Positions 39,484 through 53,070 of a stretch of 64,000 bases of DNA are shown in pieces. Below the pieces are notes generated by a model. That model saw only the letters and a list, made by a program, of their open reading frames with translations, did no database searches and had not been told where the DNA came from. How positions within the stretch are numbered: the stretch's first letter is position 1; each line of letters opens with the position of its first letter. The translations under genes and the position numbers were made by a program. The stretch is from Octopus bimaculoides. Lineage: Eukaryota. The stretch is taken from positions 57,790,379 through 57,854,378 of the forward strand of contig NC_068993.1 of assembly GCF_001194135.2 (NCBI RefSeq), in the 5' to 3' direction.

Positions 39484-39493
39484 CCATCTTCAC

Positions 39494-39551
<58 letters not shown>

Positions 39552-39960
39552 ATCATCATCATCATCATCACCATCATCATAATCATAACAATCATCGTAT
39601 TCTCTTCATCTTCATCATCATCATAACAATCATCAGCGTCAGCGTCAGCATTGTCGTCGTCATCGTCACCCCCTCATCATCATCATCATCATCATCATCA
39701 TCTTCATCATCATCATCTTCACCATCATCATTTTCCGCAGCAACAACTACAACATCATCAGCAAAAGAAAAAAAAAACAAAAAAAATCAAACAAACAAAC
39801 ACACAAACAATACGAGTAGCAACTGTAACACAAGTAGCATTAATAAGAGAAGAGAAAGAAGGACAAGAAGTAGAAGAAATTCCATAATAAAAACAAGGAA
39901 AAACATTAGAAGAAAGTGAACCGCCGCCACCACCACCATCCCCACCCCCACCTCACTCCC
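39320..39960. repeat. Compound (CAT)n/(CGT)n/(CAG)n microsatellite block
   Basis: Read directly. It is the source of the poly-H/S/M ORFs. Confidence 0.95.
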
Positions 39961-40486
39961 GAAAAAGAAAAACAAAGAAAACTTTGCCGAAAACAAAACA
40001 AAGAAAAACAAAAAAGAGTTACAGAAACTGATAAAAGCGAAATTGATTATTGATTGATCTCTCTGACGGAATAATCGATACTGTAAAAATACAAAGATTT
40101 TGGTGTATTGACCAATCAGTACAGACAGATCATTATGTTACAGGAGTCTGAATAAACACGCATTTCTGTATACACTCACTCTTATATACATATGTGTATA
40201 TGCGTATACATATGAATATATATGTATATATATATGCATACAGACTAGTATTCACACAAACACACACATATAAACACACATACACACACAAACACACACA
40301 CGAATAATATATTTATGTATAAATGTATGTATGGGGGCGTATTTATGTACATCCATATAAGAATCTATGTGCCTACGCAAATACGCATGCGCACATTCAT
40401 ATACTTGTATACATATATATATTTATATACACTTATATATATCTGTATACACGCACACACACGCACACACACGTATATACAATCTA

Positions 40487-40536
<50 letters not shown>

Positions 40537-40989
40537 GCGCTCACAATAGTCTAGTAGATAGATTATCCTCTCCCTTCTCCTCCCAAATTCACTCCAAACC
40601 ATCAACAACAACACCCACCCCACCAGCATCCCCCCGCCACTTATCCCTCGCATTCAACATTCTATAATACATACGCGTGTTTTTAAATTGACTATATAAC
40701 CAAAAATATAATAGAAAATAATAGAAACGAAAATGAAATTATAATAAAATGATAATAAAATATCAGTAAAAATAAAAAAATAAAAAAAACAAAACGAAAA
40801 GAGTCACAACAACCAATAAAAAGCAACAAAACAGTATAAAGACAACAAAAACAGCCATAACAACCAATAAAAGTAGCCATTTTGAAAGTAGAAAAGAACT
40901 GATAGATTACGCTATTTTTAAATGACCCTAAAAATAATTGATGGCGGTTTTGAAATTAGTAAATTGATAAAGCATGGCTGATTCTATGA

Positions 40990-41318
40990 ATGGTATATGA
41001 GGAATAATGGGACTTTAAATAGCACTACCATCACCACCACCACCACCACCACTACCAGCACCACCATCATGATCGCAACCACCACTACCATCATCATTGT
41101 TACTACCACCACTACTACTGACATTGCCTCCACTGGTAGCACCGTTATCATCATAATCATCATCATCATTAACATGAGTAACATCAGCATCACCATCGTC
41201 GTCGTCGTCGTCTCGAACACCACAACAATAACAATGCGATCATTGTTATTGTTAACGCCATTGTCATCGTCATGACTAGTACATTCGCAAGGATCTGTAC
41301 GATGACCTGGTGATGGAA

Positions 41319-41360
<42 letters not shown>

Positions 41361-41408
41361 GTGGTGGTGTTGATGATGGCGGTGGGGATGATGATGATGA
41401 TGGTGATG

Positions 41409-41440
<32 letters not shown>

Positions 41441-41475
41441 GATGATGGTGGTGGCGGTGTTGATGATGGCGGTGG

Positions 41476-41506
<31 letters not shown>

Positions 41507-41580
41507 GATGATGATGATGAAGATGATGATGATAGCGGTGGTGATGGTGGTGGTGGTGGTGGTAATGATGATGATGAAGA
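40990..41580. repeat. (CAC/CAT)-rich block followed by a complementary (GAT/GGT)-rich block
   Basis: About 41020-41280 is CAC/CAT-rich and about 41310-41580 is GAT/GGT-rich. The latter contains a duplicated unit, ggtgttgatgatggcggtgg. Confidence 0.9.
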
Positions 41581-42559
41581 TTTTGTTTCATAAGCCACAA
41601 AGATGAAAGGGACATCACATGTATGGTAAACCAAAGTGTGGGGATTTACATTAAGGTTGGGGGACAAAGAAATGGAAAAAAAGCGGGGAAATGCGAAAAA
41701 GGTATACACAATATATAAAGTATGTGGCCACATGAGGGATGCACACCTCCTAATACAGGAGAAACCCCATTAGGGTCATTCAAGGAACCCCGCTTATCCC
41801 TGATTATCCTTAACCAGCAAAGTACGTGATTGTTTTTTTTTTTTTTTTAGTTTGGAATTATAAAAACATCCTGGAGCAGATTTGATCTCAGAGCGTTTAA
41901 GTTCACTGTAATTAGGGCAAGACATTTTTACCAATGTTCTAATAAATCGGCACTCGGAGATGGCCTATTTCGATTAAATGGATGCTAGCATTTCATAAGT
42001 AGCATCTTTTATCGATCACTAAATGGATGAATAGCATATTTTAGGCCGTCGACATTTGAAATAAGAACGAAAATGACGTAGATAAAAATCTTACTTTGAC
42101 GAGCAGCAGATACCTTTGACCACAGACAGTTTCGAACGATCGATGGTTATTTGTCAATGAATTCTAATTTTACCGCGTATGGATGCCATCTGAATACGAT
42201 AGCAGAAATGACTGTGCAATGAAACTGGCACTAAAAACGTCAAACAAGCAGAAGGCATTTTAGGAGCAATAAAAACGAAAGACGAGATATTGTCATTTTT
42301 GCTATTTGCAATGTCAGAGAATACATTTAAACATTCTACCCGCACGATCGGTAAAGACTTAAAAGCCATTAATAGCTTTAAATCCAATCTTCAGAAGTGA
42401 ACGTTATCTTCACACACGATATTCACACAGCATTTTAATTCAGATAACTATTTTAAAGCCACAAGAGTCAAACTTAGTATCTCTATTTTCACTTAGATCT
42501 ATTGAGATAGATCCAACCACAAAGGTTGAGGCCTCCTAGCACATACTAGCTCGTGCATC

Positions 42560-43115
42560 TACAAATAACAGTCGTAGAAAAAAAACAACCTAACTATATC
42601 TTAATTATATTCCAAATAACATCAACATCTTGAATACGGAGTGTACTTTTTGCCAAATGTCACAAAAGGACAGAAATTGATATAATCGTATCATATGGTG
42701 TTTTATATCCTAAACAGTTAGCAGCAAGACCCATGTAACTGACAAAGCCAATTGCGATTCTTTGACAAAAATATGATAGAGAAACTCATATCCCTATCTT
42801 AAAATTATCATAACAGCAGAAATGCATTTACAAACTTCACAAACATTAAAATGAGCCAAGAAACGGAGTACAGTTTTTTTCTGAGTTTAATAAAGTCACT
42901 GCCATCAGCAAAGATACTACGGGACAATTTTTTGATGAAATATTCATAGGTACATCCTAAAATTATGTTATGCGTTAAAATATACTTGAACTAAGCCATC
43001 AAAGATAAACAAACTTATTAAACCCCACAAAATACCTTCAAATAATACCTAAAACCAATTACGACCGAAATAAAACTCAACAATCCTTCACAAAGGAAAG
43101 AATTATTGAGTAAAA
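42560..43115 (+). pseudogene. Possible decayed Penelope-like GIY-YIG endonuclease region
   Basis: YHNSRNAFTNFTNIKMSQETEYS (from 42806) resembles YNNHKxSFRN...STELSK, and LNNPSQRKELLSK (about 43078-43114) resembles LNKRSELISK. Weak and fragmented. Confidence 0.3.
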
Positions 43116-44174
43116 TGAAACCAGCAGGAAACTGGGACACCTCTGTATCCAACATAAACCACGTCACTAAGAGTGAAATAAACTCAACACCACCAACACC
43201 ACCAGCACCGGTACCAGTACCACCACCGCCACCACCACCGCCACCACCACCGCCAATCCCACCAGCAGCAGCACCACCACCACCTCTTCGAGCTTTGAAA
43301 AAAANNNNNNNNNNCACCACCACCGCCAGCCCCACCAGCAGCAGCACCACCACCACCTCTTCGAGCTTTGAAAAAAATATATTGGGCAACAGAGAAGTGA
43401 AAACTGCAACGAGTCCAGATTGAACTCAACTGATCACAGGCATGTTATAATAATGATATAATGATAGTTGGAAGATCTTTACTCACAAAAATGAGTTGGA
43501 CGACAGACACAAATCATAACAACCAATGAAGCGTAGCAGTTATCATTCTGGTAGAATGATTATAGCACATTTAACAACGTAACACGAGGAGTCAAGGAAC
43601 AAAAGCCATCGGATAACTGTATTTGTTGATTGAAAAATACTTGAAGCCACATATTGTATAGTTGTTAGACCGGAATAGCGTAGAAAGGAAGTTTACAATG
43701 AAAGACAAAGAACATAGCTGCTGTAAATTGTGTATACAACAGTATGTTATCCGTATCTATTGAAACACTAAGCTATACGATTTCATAAATGTTTATCCTA
43801 ACTAAAATATCTACAACTTATCTGTTTCAGTCAACAAGCTAGTCACGATGGGATTGTTCTTCTGACTAGACAAAGCAAACAAATCCCTCTGAAACAAACA
43901 CTACTGTCTAAAACAATATGGAAACATGAAATGGTTTTTGGCCGATATATTTAAGAAATAAGCGGTTGGGTGATCACAGTTTGATCACATGTATGCTGAA
44001 CCAGATATATCCTAGTTTTAGACAACAACAAAATGAAAAGCCGTATGGAAAAAAAATACGTGATGATTACATTGCGAATGTCATTAACTGTTGCTCAGCA
44101 TGATCGAGATAAGCTTGGGGTACATAAAAACTGTAAGAAGGTATGAGACACTAAATGATAAACACATGTGGACT

Positions 44175-44370
44175 AGACGTTAAGGAGGCACGCTCGCGAT
44201 CCCGAGATCATAGATTCAATTCTGAGCCTGGGTGGTTCGTTGTGTTCTTGAACAATGCATTTAATTTCACATAGCTTCACCCCACCCTCCTCTAAATAAG
44301 TAACACTGCGACACACTGGTTTCCGTTCAAGGGCAATGTTGTGATCTCGGTCCCTTATAATCCCAATGCA
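44175..44370 (+). mobile_element. Degenerate tRNA-derived SINE, family D
   Basis: gatcccgagatcatagattcaattctgagcctgggtggttcgttgtgttcttgaacaatgcatt. A similar head occurs at 63551-63667. Confidence 0.5.
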
Positions 44371-44589
44371 AACCAAGTGATCGGCGCCATGTCTCCTGGG
44401 ACTCGAAACAGTAATGTCCCGGTGCTGGTGGTGATATATTTTTCTTTCGGAGAATATATCGCAGGCTTATCCCGATGCAGCGTCATTGGTCAAGTGTCTG
44501 AAATATTAGTACCGACCTGGGGCGAGTCATCATTTACAGCAATGAGAAAAATGATGCAGTATCATGCAAATACGAATATCTGAGACAAA

Positions 44590-44669
44590 GAAAAAAACAA
44601 CTACTACAGCTGCTGCTGCTGCTACTGCTGCTACGACTACTATTACTACTATTACTAGTACTACTGTTA

Positions 44670-44756
<87 letters not shown>

Positions 44757-45064
44757 TTTTCAACAGGTGATAAGATTAAATAACACAGGGTGTGACAACG
44801 AAGATCGATTGTGAATATTGCGATGCCGATGTTGATGATGACAACATCGACGACGACGACGACGATGATGACGACGACGACGGTGCGAAAACATTGCCGG
44901 TTATAGCGATGGCCATTCGTCTGGGAAGGCACAGGGCCAACTTTTACAGAACGCGTCGCCAAATCGATTAATTTCGACACAAAACTGATGTTCATGATTG
45001 TAATGATGATGATAGTGATGATGGTGATGATGATGACGACGACGACGATGACGATGTGGTGTTG

Positions 45065-45119
<55 letters not shown>

Positions 45120-45120
45120 T
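44590..45120. repeat. Compound (CTG/CTA), (GAC/GAT) and (AAT) microsatellites with short unique spacers
   Basis: Read directly. Confidence 0.9.
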
Positions 45121-45879
45121 AATAATTTTTAATGTTTTTAAGAACTACAAAAGCAGGACAACAAAAGAAGACCGTAATAGGAATTGCATATCGTTGTATA
45201 TTGTCACTTTAAAGAGATTGAAGGCCAAATCCTCGCTGATGGCTGTCCTATCTTAAAACTATGAAATATATTCAAAAGCATGACCGCATAAGTAGCTATA
45301 TCCACTGGGCAATATGCCAACACTCGTAGATCAAACAGGAAAGAAACTTCTATAAACATGCAATAAAATCTATAATTGATAATGACAGGAATAATACCCT
45401 GGGACATGGTACTGCAGTCTGAGCGAAAGATCAAAGAAAATTTAACTTGAGAAACATAACGAGAAAGATTAAGAAAAACATTTGGTTTTTCGAAAATATA
45501 ACTTAATCCGTTATTAGTAAAATATATTATTTAGATGCAGGAAAAGATAGTATTGAAGGACAAGCGAAGTCTATGTTGAAACAAAGAAGCATTGAACGAA
45601 ATTGTCCATATCAGAAATCAATATAATTAGTTTATTAGGTGAGACTTAAATAACTAGCAGGAATAAAAATATAATAGATATATTGATTATTAACAAAATA
45701 TACAGGTCTACAGGGCAGCTAACCTATTCTAGAGAGGTTCTTTTCAATACAATGCCGTAACTGACATAACATTGTACATAGAACATTCATAATTCAATAA
45801 AACAATTTACAGGACTCATATAGTCTACACTACAGACATTCAAACACAATAAAACAGCACACATTTTATGCAGGTCTAC

Positions 45880-47100
45880 TGAATATCATAACAGGACTTA
45901 CATACACACCTAATATCGTACAAAGCAAATCTACTTATAACGCGTGCGTAGTTATGTGGTAAGAAGTTAGCTTCCCAACCACATGGTTCTAGGTTCAGTC
46001 CCACTGCGTGGCAACTTGGGCAAATGTCTTCTACTATAGCCTCGGACCAACATTGATTTGTTAGCCCGTCGTATATGTATGTATGGGTAAAGTAATCATG
46101 CAGTAATCTCAAAAGATCTGCCTTTGAAGATGCTTTCTTGTTCTTTTTATGAAGTGTCCTACACATTATATCCCAGAGGTGTTCAATAGGTTTCATATCT
46201 GGCGGCTGGCTTGGCCATGGAGGCTTTTTAATAGTATTCTCATCCAACAAATCTTGGATCACTTTAGCCGTGTGACAAGGAACCCCACCTTCCATAAATA
46301 AAGAGTCTTCTTTAATCATTTCACCACTTGAGAAGATTGGAAGGAGTTCTTTCTGCAATATGGACATTTTTTATCTGAGTTTATGTTTCATTCACAATTC
46401 ACCAGCTCTGATTCATAATTGCTCCAAATTGCTCCCCAAACTATCACAGAATAGCTGCCATGTTTCATTGTTGGCTGCAATCTTCTCACATCAAATTCTT
46501 GATCACAGTCTCCAGACCCACATTCGACCACTGTCAGAACATACAGCAAATCTGGACTCACTTGAGAATATGACAGTGTCCCAAATTGCTAGTAGCCTCT
46601 CCTCCATCTCACTGGCCCAAACTTTTCTTCGTTTGATATTGGCTGGTGAAACAAGTGGACTCCTTCTTTCTACTGTCATAGCACCCAAGTTTGTGGAGAT
46701 ACCTGACAAGTGTTCTGAGACTCATAGTAACAAAGATTATCCTCCACACTTCTCTTAACAAGCAGAAGGGTCCTGTCAGCAGGCCCTGGTCGACATAGGC
46801 GAAGCGATGTGGACTCCTTCCTCTCGCTGATGAGTTGCACAGTCACTCTATTAATTATAGAAAGCGGGATCCTAAGGTTTTCTGCGATTTTACTCTATGT
46901 CCACCTTCAGAATGACCCACGATACAACCTCTTCGAAATTCAGACAGTTCTCAAGGCCATTTTTATACATGACATGATTAAACAGTCACATAGAGAAACT
47001 TGAGACATAAAAATGTCAATTCATAAAGAATATAAATCTTTACAAAGTAGAATAAACATAGAATGATGTTTTATGAAGTATCTGTTTACATCTGTCACGT
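45880..47100 (-). pseudogene. Tc1-like (DDE) transposase pseudogene with frameshifts and stops, interrupted by a SINE
   Basis: ELSEFRRGCIVGHSEGG (HTH start, about 46950), [12 protein letters not shown] (first catalytic D changed to S), FMEGGVPCHTAK (QDxAPCH-like) and WPSQPPDMKPIEHLWD (WPxQSPDLNPIE-like). Outer boundaries are uncertain. Confidence 0.9.
45940..46085 (+). mobile_element. SINE family B head, apparently inserted into the C-terminal coding region of a Tc1 transposase
   Basis: gtggtaagaagttagcttcccaaccacatggttctaggttcagtcccactgcgtggcaacttgggcaaatg. It abuts the transposase remnant at 46086. Confidence 0.85.
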
Positions 47101-47104
47101 GTGA

Positions 47105-47160
<56 letters not shown>

Positions 47161-48984
47161 NNNNNNNNNNNNNNNNNNNNNNNNNNNNNNNNNNNNNNNN
47201 NNNNNNNNNNNNNNNNNNNNNNNNNNNNNNNNNNNNNNNNNNNNNNNNNNNNNNNNNNNNNNNNNNNNNNNNNNNNNNNNNNNNNNNNNNNNNNNNNNNN
47301 NNNNNNNNNNNNNNNNNNNNNNNNNNNNNNNNNNNNNNNNNNNNNNNNNNNNNNNNNNNNNNNNNNNNNNNNNNNNNNNNNNNNNNNNNNNNNNNNNNNN
47401 NNNNNNNNNNNNNNNNNNNNNNNNNNNNNNNNNNNNNNNNNNNNNNNNNNNNNNNNNNNNNNNNNNNNNNNNNNNNNNNNNNNNNNNNNNNNNNNNNNNN
47501 NNNNNNNNNNNNNNNNNNNNNNNNNNNNAGAAGAAGAAAAAGAAGATGATGATGATGACGATGATGATGATGATGATGAAGATGATGATGATGATGATGA
47601 TGATGATCATCATCATCATCATCATCATCATTATGATGACGATTATGATGATGACGATGATGATGATGATGGTGACGATGATGATGGTCAGGAAGAGGAA
47701 CACGTTGACAGTGGTAATGGTGCTGATCATCATTATGATATTGATGATGATGATAATGAAGATGGTGGTGGTAGAGGTGATGGTGATGGTGGTGGTTTTT
47801 ATAGTAGTAGTGGTGGTGGTGATGATGATGATGATGATCTCCATAAACCTGGAGACCTATTTTCGTACAGATTTCAGGGAAAAACCTGGTTTCTCCGGCT
47901 ATAAACTTCTATATTTCTACGATGGTCTTTTCCACAGACGTAAGACGAGAAATTTTAACCCTGATTGTAACACCAAAAATTATATTACAAAACTCCTGTA
48001 ACGATTTTGGCTGAAGGAGAAACACAGTTGTACTCTAGCAATATTACATAAGTATTGTGAGATAAAGAGCCTTTACGTACTTGTCTATAATCTTACACTT
48101 GTTAGTCTACAATAATCATTGTAAAAATTAGTGAAATTGTTCGTAGACAGAAACGATGCACTTGTACCTTATCTATTGTACATAAGTATAATGGCTTTCG
48201 ATATTTATTTTTCCTTCCATACACACAAACACAAACACACACATATATATATATACTTATATATACACACACATATATATANNNNNNNNNNNNNNNNNNN
48301 NNNNNNNNNNNNNNNNNNNNNNNNNNNNNNNNNNNNNNNNNNNNNNNNNNNNNNNNNNNNNNNNNNNNNNNNNNNNNNNNNNNNNNNNNNNNNNNNNNNN
48401 NNNNNNNNNNNNNNNNNNNNNNNNNNNNNNNNNNNNNNNNNNNNNNNNNNNNNNNNNNNNNNNNNNNNNNNNNNNNNNNNNNNNNNNNNNNNNNNNNNNN
48501 NNNNNNNNNNNNNNNNNNNNNNNNNNNNNNNNNNNNNNNNNNNNNNNNNNNNNNNNNNNNNNNNNNNNNNNNNNNNNNNNNNNNNNNNNNNNNNNNNNNN
48601 NNNNNNNNNNNNNNNNNNNNNNNNNNNNNNNNNNNNNNNNNNNNNNNNNNNNNNNNNNNNNNNNNNNNNNNNNNNNNNNNNNNNNNNNNNNNNNNNNNNN
48701 NNNNNNNNNNNNNNNNNNNNNNNNNNNNNNNNNNNNNNNNNNNNNNNNNNNNNNNNNNNNNNNNNNNNNNNNNNNNNNNNNNNNNNNNNNNNNNNNNNNN
48801 NNNNNNNNNNNNNNNNNNNNNNNNNNNNNNNNNNTTATGATAAAAGTGATTTTATATTAATCTTAAAGGGTACCCTTAACTTTTATAGAGTACAAATTTA
48901 TTGTTGACGATATTCATAGTGACTTCGAAGTCATGCACACACACCCTCTCGAACATTTCTGTGAGCTATTTCTTTATATGTGCG

Positions 48985-49230
48985 GTCGGTTGTCAAGCGA
49001 TGTTGGGGGTACGGGCAAAGACACACAAACATACACACACACACACATACACACAACCACACACACAGACACACACATATATATATATATACGACGGACT
49101 TCTTTCAGTTTCTGTCTACCAAATCCACTTACAAGGTTTTGGTCAACCCGAGGCTATAGTAAGTAGAAGACTGCACCCAGGATTTAACCCAGATTTATGT
49201 GCTTGGAAGGCGCAGTTCATACCACACATG
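48985..49230 (-). mobile_element. SINE family B, partial
   Basis: ggttgtcaagcgatgttggggg...cgacggactctttcagtttctgtctaccaaatccac...gaggctatagta. Confidence 0.8.
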
Positions 49231-49382
49231 TAGTGTGTATTGATAAACAGCAATTAAAGTTAGATAGTCATGCTTCTCTACTAATGAAAGGAAAACAGGG
49301 AATACACCAAATTGCTGCAAAACGTGCATTTTCACAATAGGATCTATATAGTATTAATTAATAATAGGATGCGGATTTCATA

Positions 49383-49451
49383 TTAGACTTTTATTACGTA
49401 TAACATACGTTTCGACCCATCAGTCGAGGGTCTCTTCAGGTACCTTTCTAA
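49383..49451 (-). ncRNA. Type I hammerhead ribozyme fold, probably from a Penelope-like pseudo-LTR
   Basis: Minus strand: TTAGA-aagg-TA-c-CTGAAGA-GACCC-tcgactgat-GGGTC-GAAA-CGTAT-gtt-ATACG-TA|a-TA-aaag-TCTAA. The canonical core is intact, stems II and III are perfect, the cleavage triplet is GUA, and stem I is partly paired in register. Confidence 0.7.
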
Positions 49452-50491
49452 AGAAGTATGTATATGGGGCGGGTATCCTTGTGTATTTCTTACCAGTTAT
49501 TATTAAAGACAAAACACTGTCGTTTCAACGAGTACAAGATTGTATCAAGATCCATCAAGAGAACAACTGCTCTAGCGAATATATTTCACTTATATAAAAA
49601 GTTTCTATAACACAATTTTTGAAATTAAAAGAGAAACTAATATGCGTATAATTCTTATATTTTATAATTTGCTGAGAATCTTTAGTTTTTGATCCTTTGC
49701 ATGGCTTCTAAAGTGTATTCATTCGTTTAGTACATACAGCTTAGATAAGAGAACGGCTGACAATAATAAAATAATCTCTATTGTAGTATAGCGACATACA
49801 CAGGGGAGAATAATCTAACGCCGGTTTAGCGCCATGATGCCAATGATGTCTTGATGAGACATACATTTAATAAAGCCCGTTGAGATATGTGTATATGTAT
49901 ATGTATATATATATATGTCTATATACATATGTGTGTGTATGTATATGTGTGTGTATGTGCGTAAGTATGTGTATGTGTATGTGTATGTATAGAGCATATA
50001 TGCGACAGAATTTCTTTTCGTTGCGGTTTTAAAACAGATTAAAAATTTTTTTCACAAAATACATACTTCTTCGATTATATAAACACTCACACACAAACTC
50101 ACACAAACTCACACAAACACAAACAAACACGCTNNNNNNNNNNNNNNNNNNNNNNNNNNNNNNNNNNNNNNNNNNNNNNNNNNNNNNNNNNNNNNNNNNN
50201 NNNNNNNNNNNNNNNNNNNNNNNNNNNNNNNNNNNNNNNNNNNNNNNNNNNNNNNNNNNNNNNNNNNNNNNNNNNNNNNNNNNNNNNNNNNNNNNNNNNN
50301 NNNNNNNNNNNNNNNNNNNNNNNNNNNNNNNNNNNNNNNNNNNNNNNNNNNNNNNNNNNNNNNNNNNNNNNNNNNNNNNNNNNNNNNNNNNNNNNNNNNN
50401 NNNNNNNNNNNCATATTTTTCTGTGTGTGTGAGTGTGCACGCGGGCGTGTGTGACTCTCTCTATATATTTTATATACATAGAAGCATACAT

Positions 50492-50539
<48 letters not shown>

Positions 50540-50974
50540 ACTATTCAAATTACTTTAATTCAGAGTCCATGCCATTTCAAGTTTCTCCTAACGGAGATTG
50601 TCTTCCCAGGCCGATCGAATGTTCCAACAAATGAAGAATTCCAGGAAGTTCAAGATTGGTACCAAAAGATTGGCGCGGTCAAAGAAGCTCTCTTTTCTCA
50701 TCGCCCTAGCGTTGATTACCAAGCGATATCACACACCATAACATAACGTGGACATCCTTGAACAGCCCATCTTCCGGAGCCATCTTGGACTTCCTACAGC
50801 TCTTCATTCATTTGGCTATTCCAACGACCCGAGGCGCCAGCCTCCGGTAGGGGCTTGCAAAACAGGATGTAGCACGGAATCCCAATTAAACTGTTTTGAA
50901 TAATATATGTAACTCCTAATAAATAATACTGAATATTCTCTTCTTCCGTTTGACGACTAACTTGGAAATTATGA

Positions 50975-51200
50975 AGGGGGCGAGCTGGCAGAAACGTTAT
51001 CACGTCGGATGAAGTGCTTAGCGGTATTTCATCTGTCTTTACGTTCTGCGTTCAAATTCCGCCGAGGTCGACTTTGCCTTTTCATCCTTTCGGAGTCGAT
51101 AAATTAAGTACCAGTTGCCTGCTGGTGTCGGTCTACTCGACTGCCCCCCCTCCCCTTCACTAAAAATTTCGGTCCTTGTACATAGTGTAGAAAAGAAAAA
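50975..51200 (+). mobile_element. Full-length SINE family A
   Basis: ggcgagctggcagaaacgtta...gcgttcaaattccgccgaggtcgactttgcc...gtagaaaagaa. Confidence 0.9.
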
Positions 51201-52825
51201 TAATATGAAAAACATGAATTTACTCAGTGATATATTCCTGAAATGCATTAAATGCGAAGTGACCATATTTTCTTCGCTATTATCACTTTAATCCAACTAA
51301 ATCCGCTGTTACTCGATTCAATCCTCGATTTATTGTTGTATATAGTTATTTTCACACATTCTTTGTGTATACACACAGACATACAATATGTCTTTTAGTC
51401 TATAATTGTATACTTCTATTAGTTAATGCTAATATCGTCTCTATAGTTTTACTTTCTAGTTTGATCTTTGATATTATTTATCATTTTATTACCTCTTTGT
51501 ATAGTTAATTATACGTGTGTATATTCCTCTCAAAATCCAACAGAATAGTGCTTTAACAACCACCAATATATTTTATTTGGTCAATAAAACTAAATTACCT
51601 AGTTATTAATAATTGAAACTATATAGTCCTGTCTGGTCAACTAACCATTACTTTAAACTTTATTACCTCAAGTAGTTTTCCTACATTTAATACTAAACAC
51701 CAGTTGCTTATATCCTTCTATTATCTACTAAGATATTAACCAGTTTATATACCTCTCTAATTAAAAAAAAAACCTTCAAATTCTAAATATACTTTTTCCT
51801 TCAATAATGCTACTTCTATTAAATATCGACGAATATCATTTATCAAACGTAGAGAATACATGGATATATTTCGATAACGCCTAGAATCCTTACCGGCTGC
51901 TTTTATCTTTCTCTTCACAGTACTTATATTTTAAAGAGCAGTTCTCTATAACTAGATTACACTTATTGTTACTTAGAAACGAATTTTGTCCCAACTTCCG
52001 TAGCATAAGATGTAACAACAATTTTTCGAAAAGTTCACGTGTGCTTGAATGAGTTTTGTAAATTACAAAGTGAAATAAATAAAAAAAATATGTATATATA
52101 TTTAAATTTCCGACATGATATTCGTTCAAACTATCTACACAAAATTTCCTAATTATGAATAGGAATCTCCTTTCCATGGTATACATACTTCGATCTACAT
52201 CCTGGAGGTCCTTACGGCAACAAAGGTTACTATTTACTTTATAAATTACCACCATAGTGACGTAATTGCATTTTACTCGATATTGAATATGTAATTTTTT
52301 CCAAAGAGCTTTCTAATAAATATCAAGTTTTATTTTTAATCAAATATATCACAATATATAATATATATTTTAAATCATTTGAATCTAATTTATTAAACCA
52401 GCAGAGATTAAGATTTGTACACGTAGTATAAGTATGTGTGTGTGTGTCGGTGTGCACACATTTATGACGGTATGTACATAGACGCACACGCATACCCACA
52501 CACACACACATACACACACACTCACGAACACACACGCATATATATAGACACATACATTACATACACACACATATATATATATATATATAATGTATATGTG
52601 AGAGAGAGAGACATATGTGAGTATGTATATATATATATATATATAGATATAGATATATGTAAATATATATATATNNNNNNNNNNNNNNNNNNNNNNNNNN
52701 NNNNNNNNNNNNNNNNNNNNNNNNNNNNNNNNNNNNNNNNNNNNNNNNNNNNNNNNNNNNNNNTATATAGACATATGCATACACAGGCACACACAGACAC
52801 ACACATATCGCTAATATTCTAATGA

Positions 52826-53070
52826 GAAGGTGTGGCTGTGTGATAAGAAGTTTATTTCCCAACCACATGGTTCCGGGTTCAGTCCCACTACGTGGCAACT
52901 TGGGCTTGTGTCTTCTACTATATACGTGGGCCAACCGTTGCCTTGTGAGTGGATTTGGTAGACGGAAGCTGAAAGAAGCCCGTCGTATATATATATAACA
53001 CGCATATACATATCTGAAGACATGCATGTAGGCAAGAAGGTAGGCAAGTCAGGTGACTGAAACAAATAAA
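52826..53070 (+). mobile_element. SINE family B head plus a short tail remnant
   Basis: gtggctgtgtgataagaag...ggttccgggttcagtcccactacgtggcaacttggg...gaaagaagcccgtcg. Confidence 0.85.

Noticed and set aside
43046-43423. Proline-rich ORF ending PPPPLRALKK, reminiscent of formin FH1 or WH2 regions
   Set aside because: The prolines come from a CCA/CCG microsatellite, the frame runs into an N10 gap with a duplicated flank, and there is no usable acceptor or donor.
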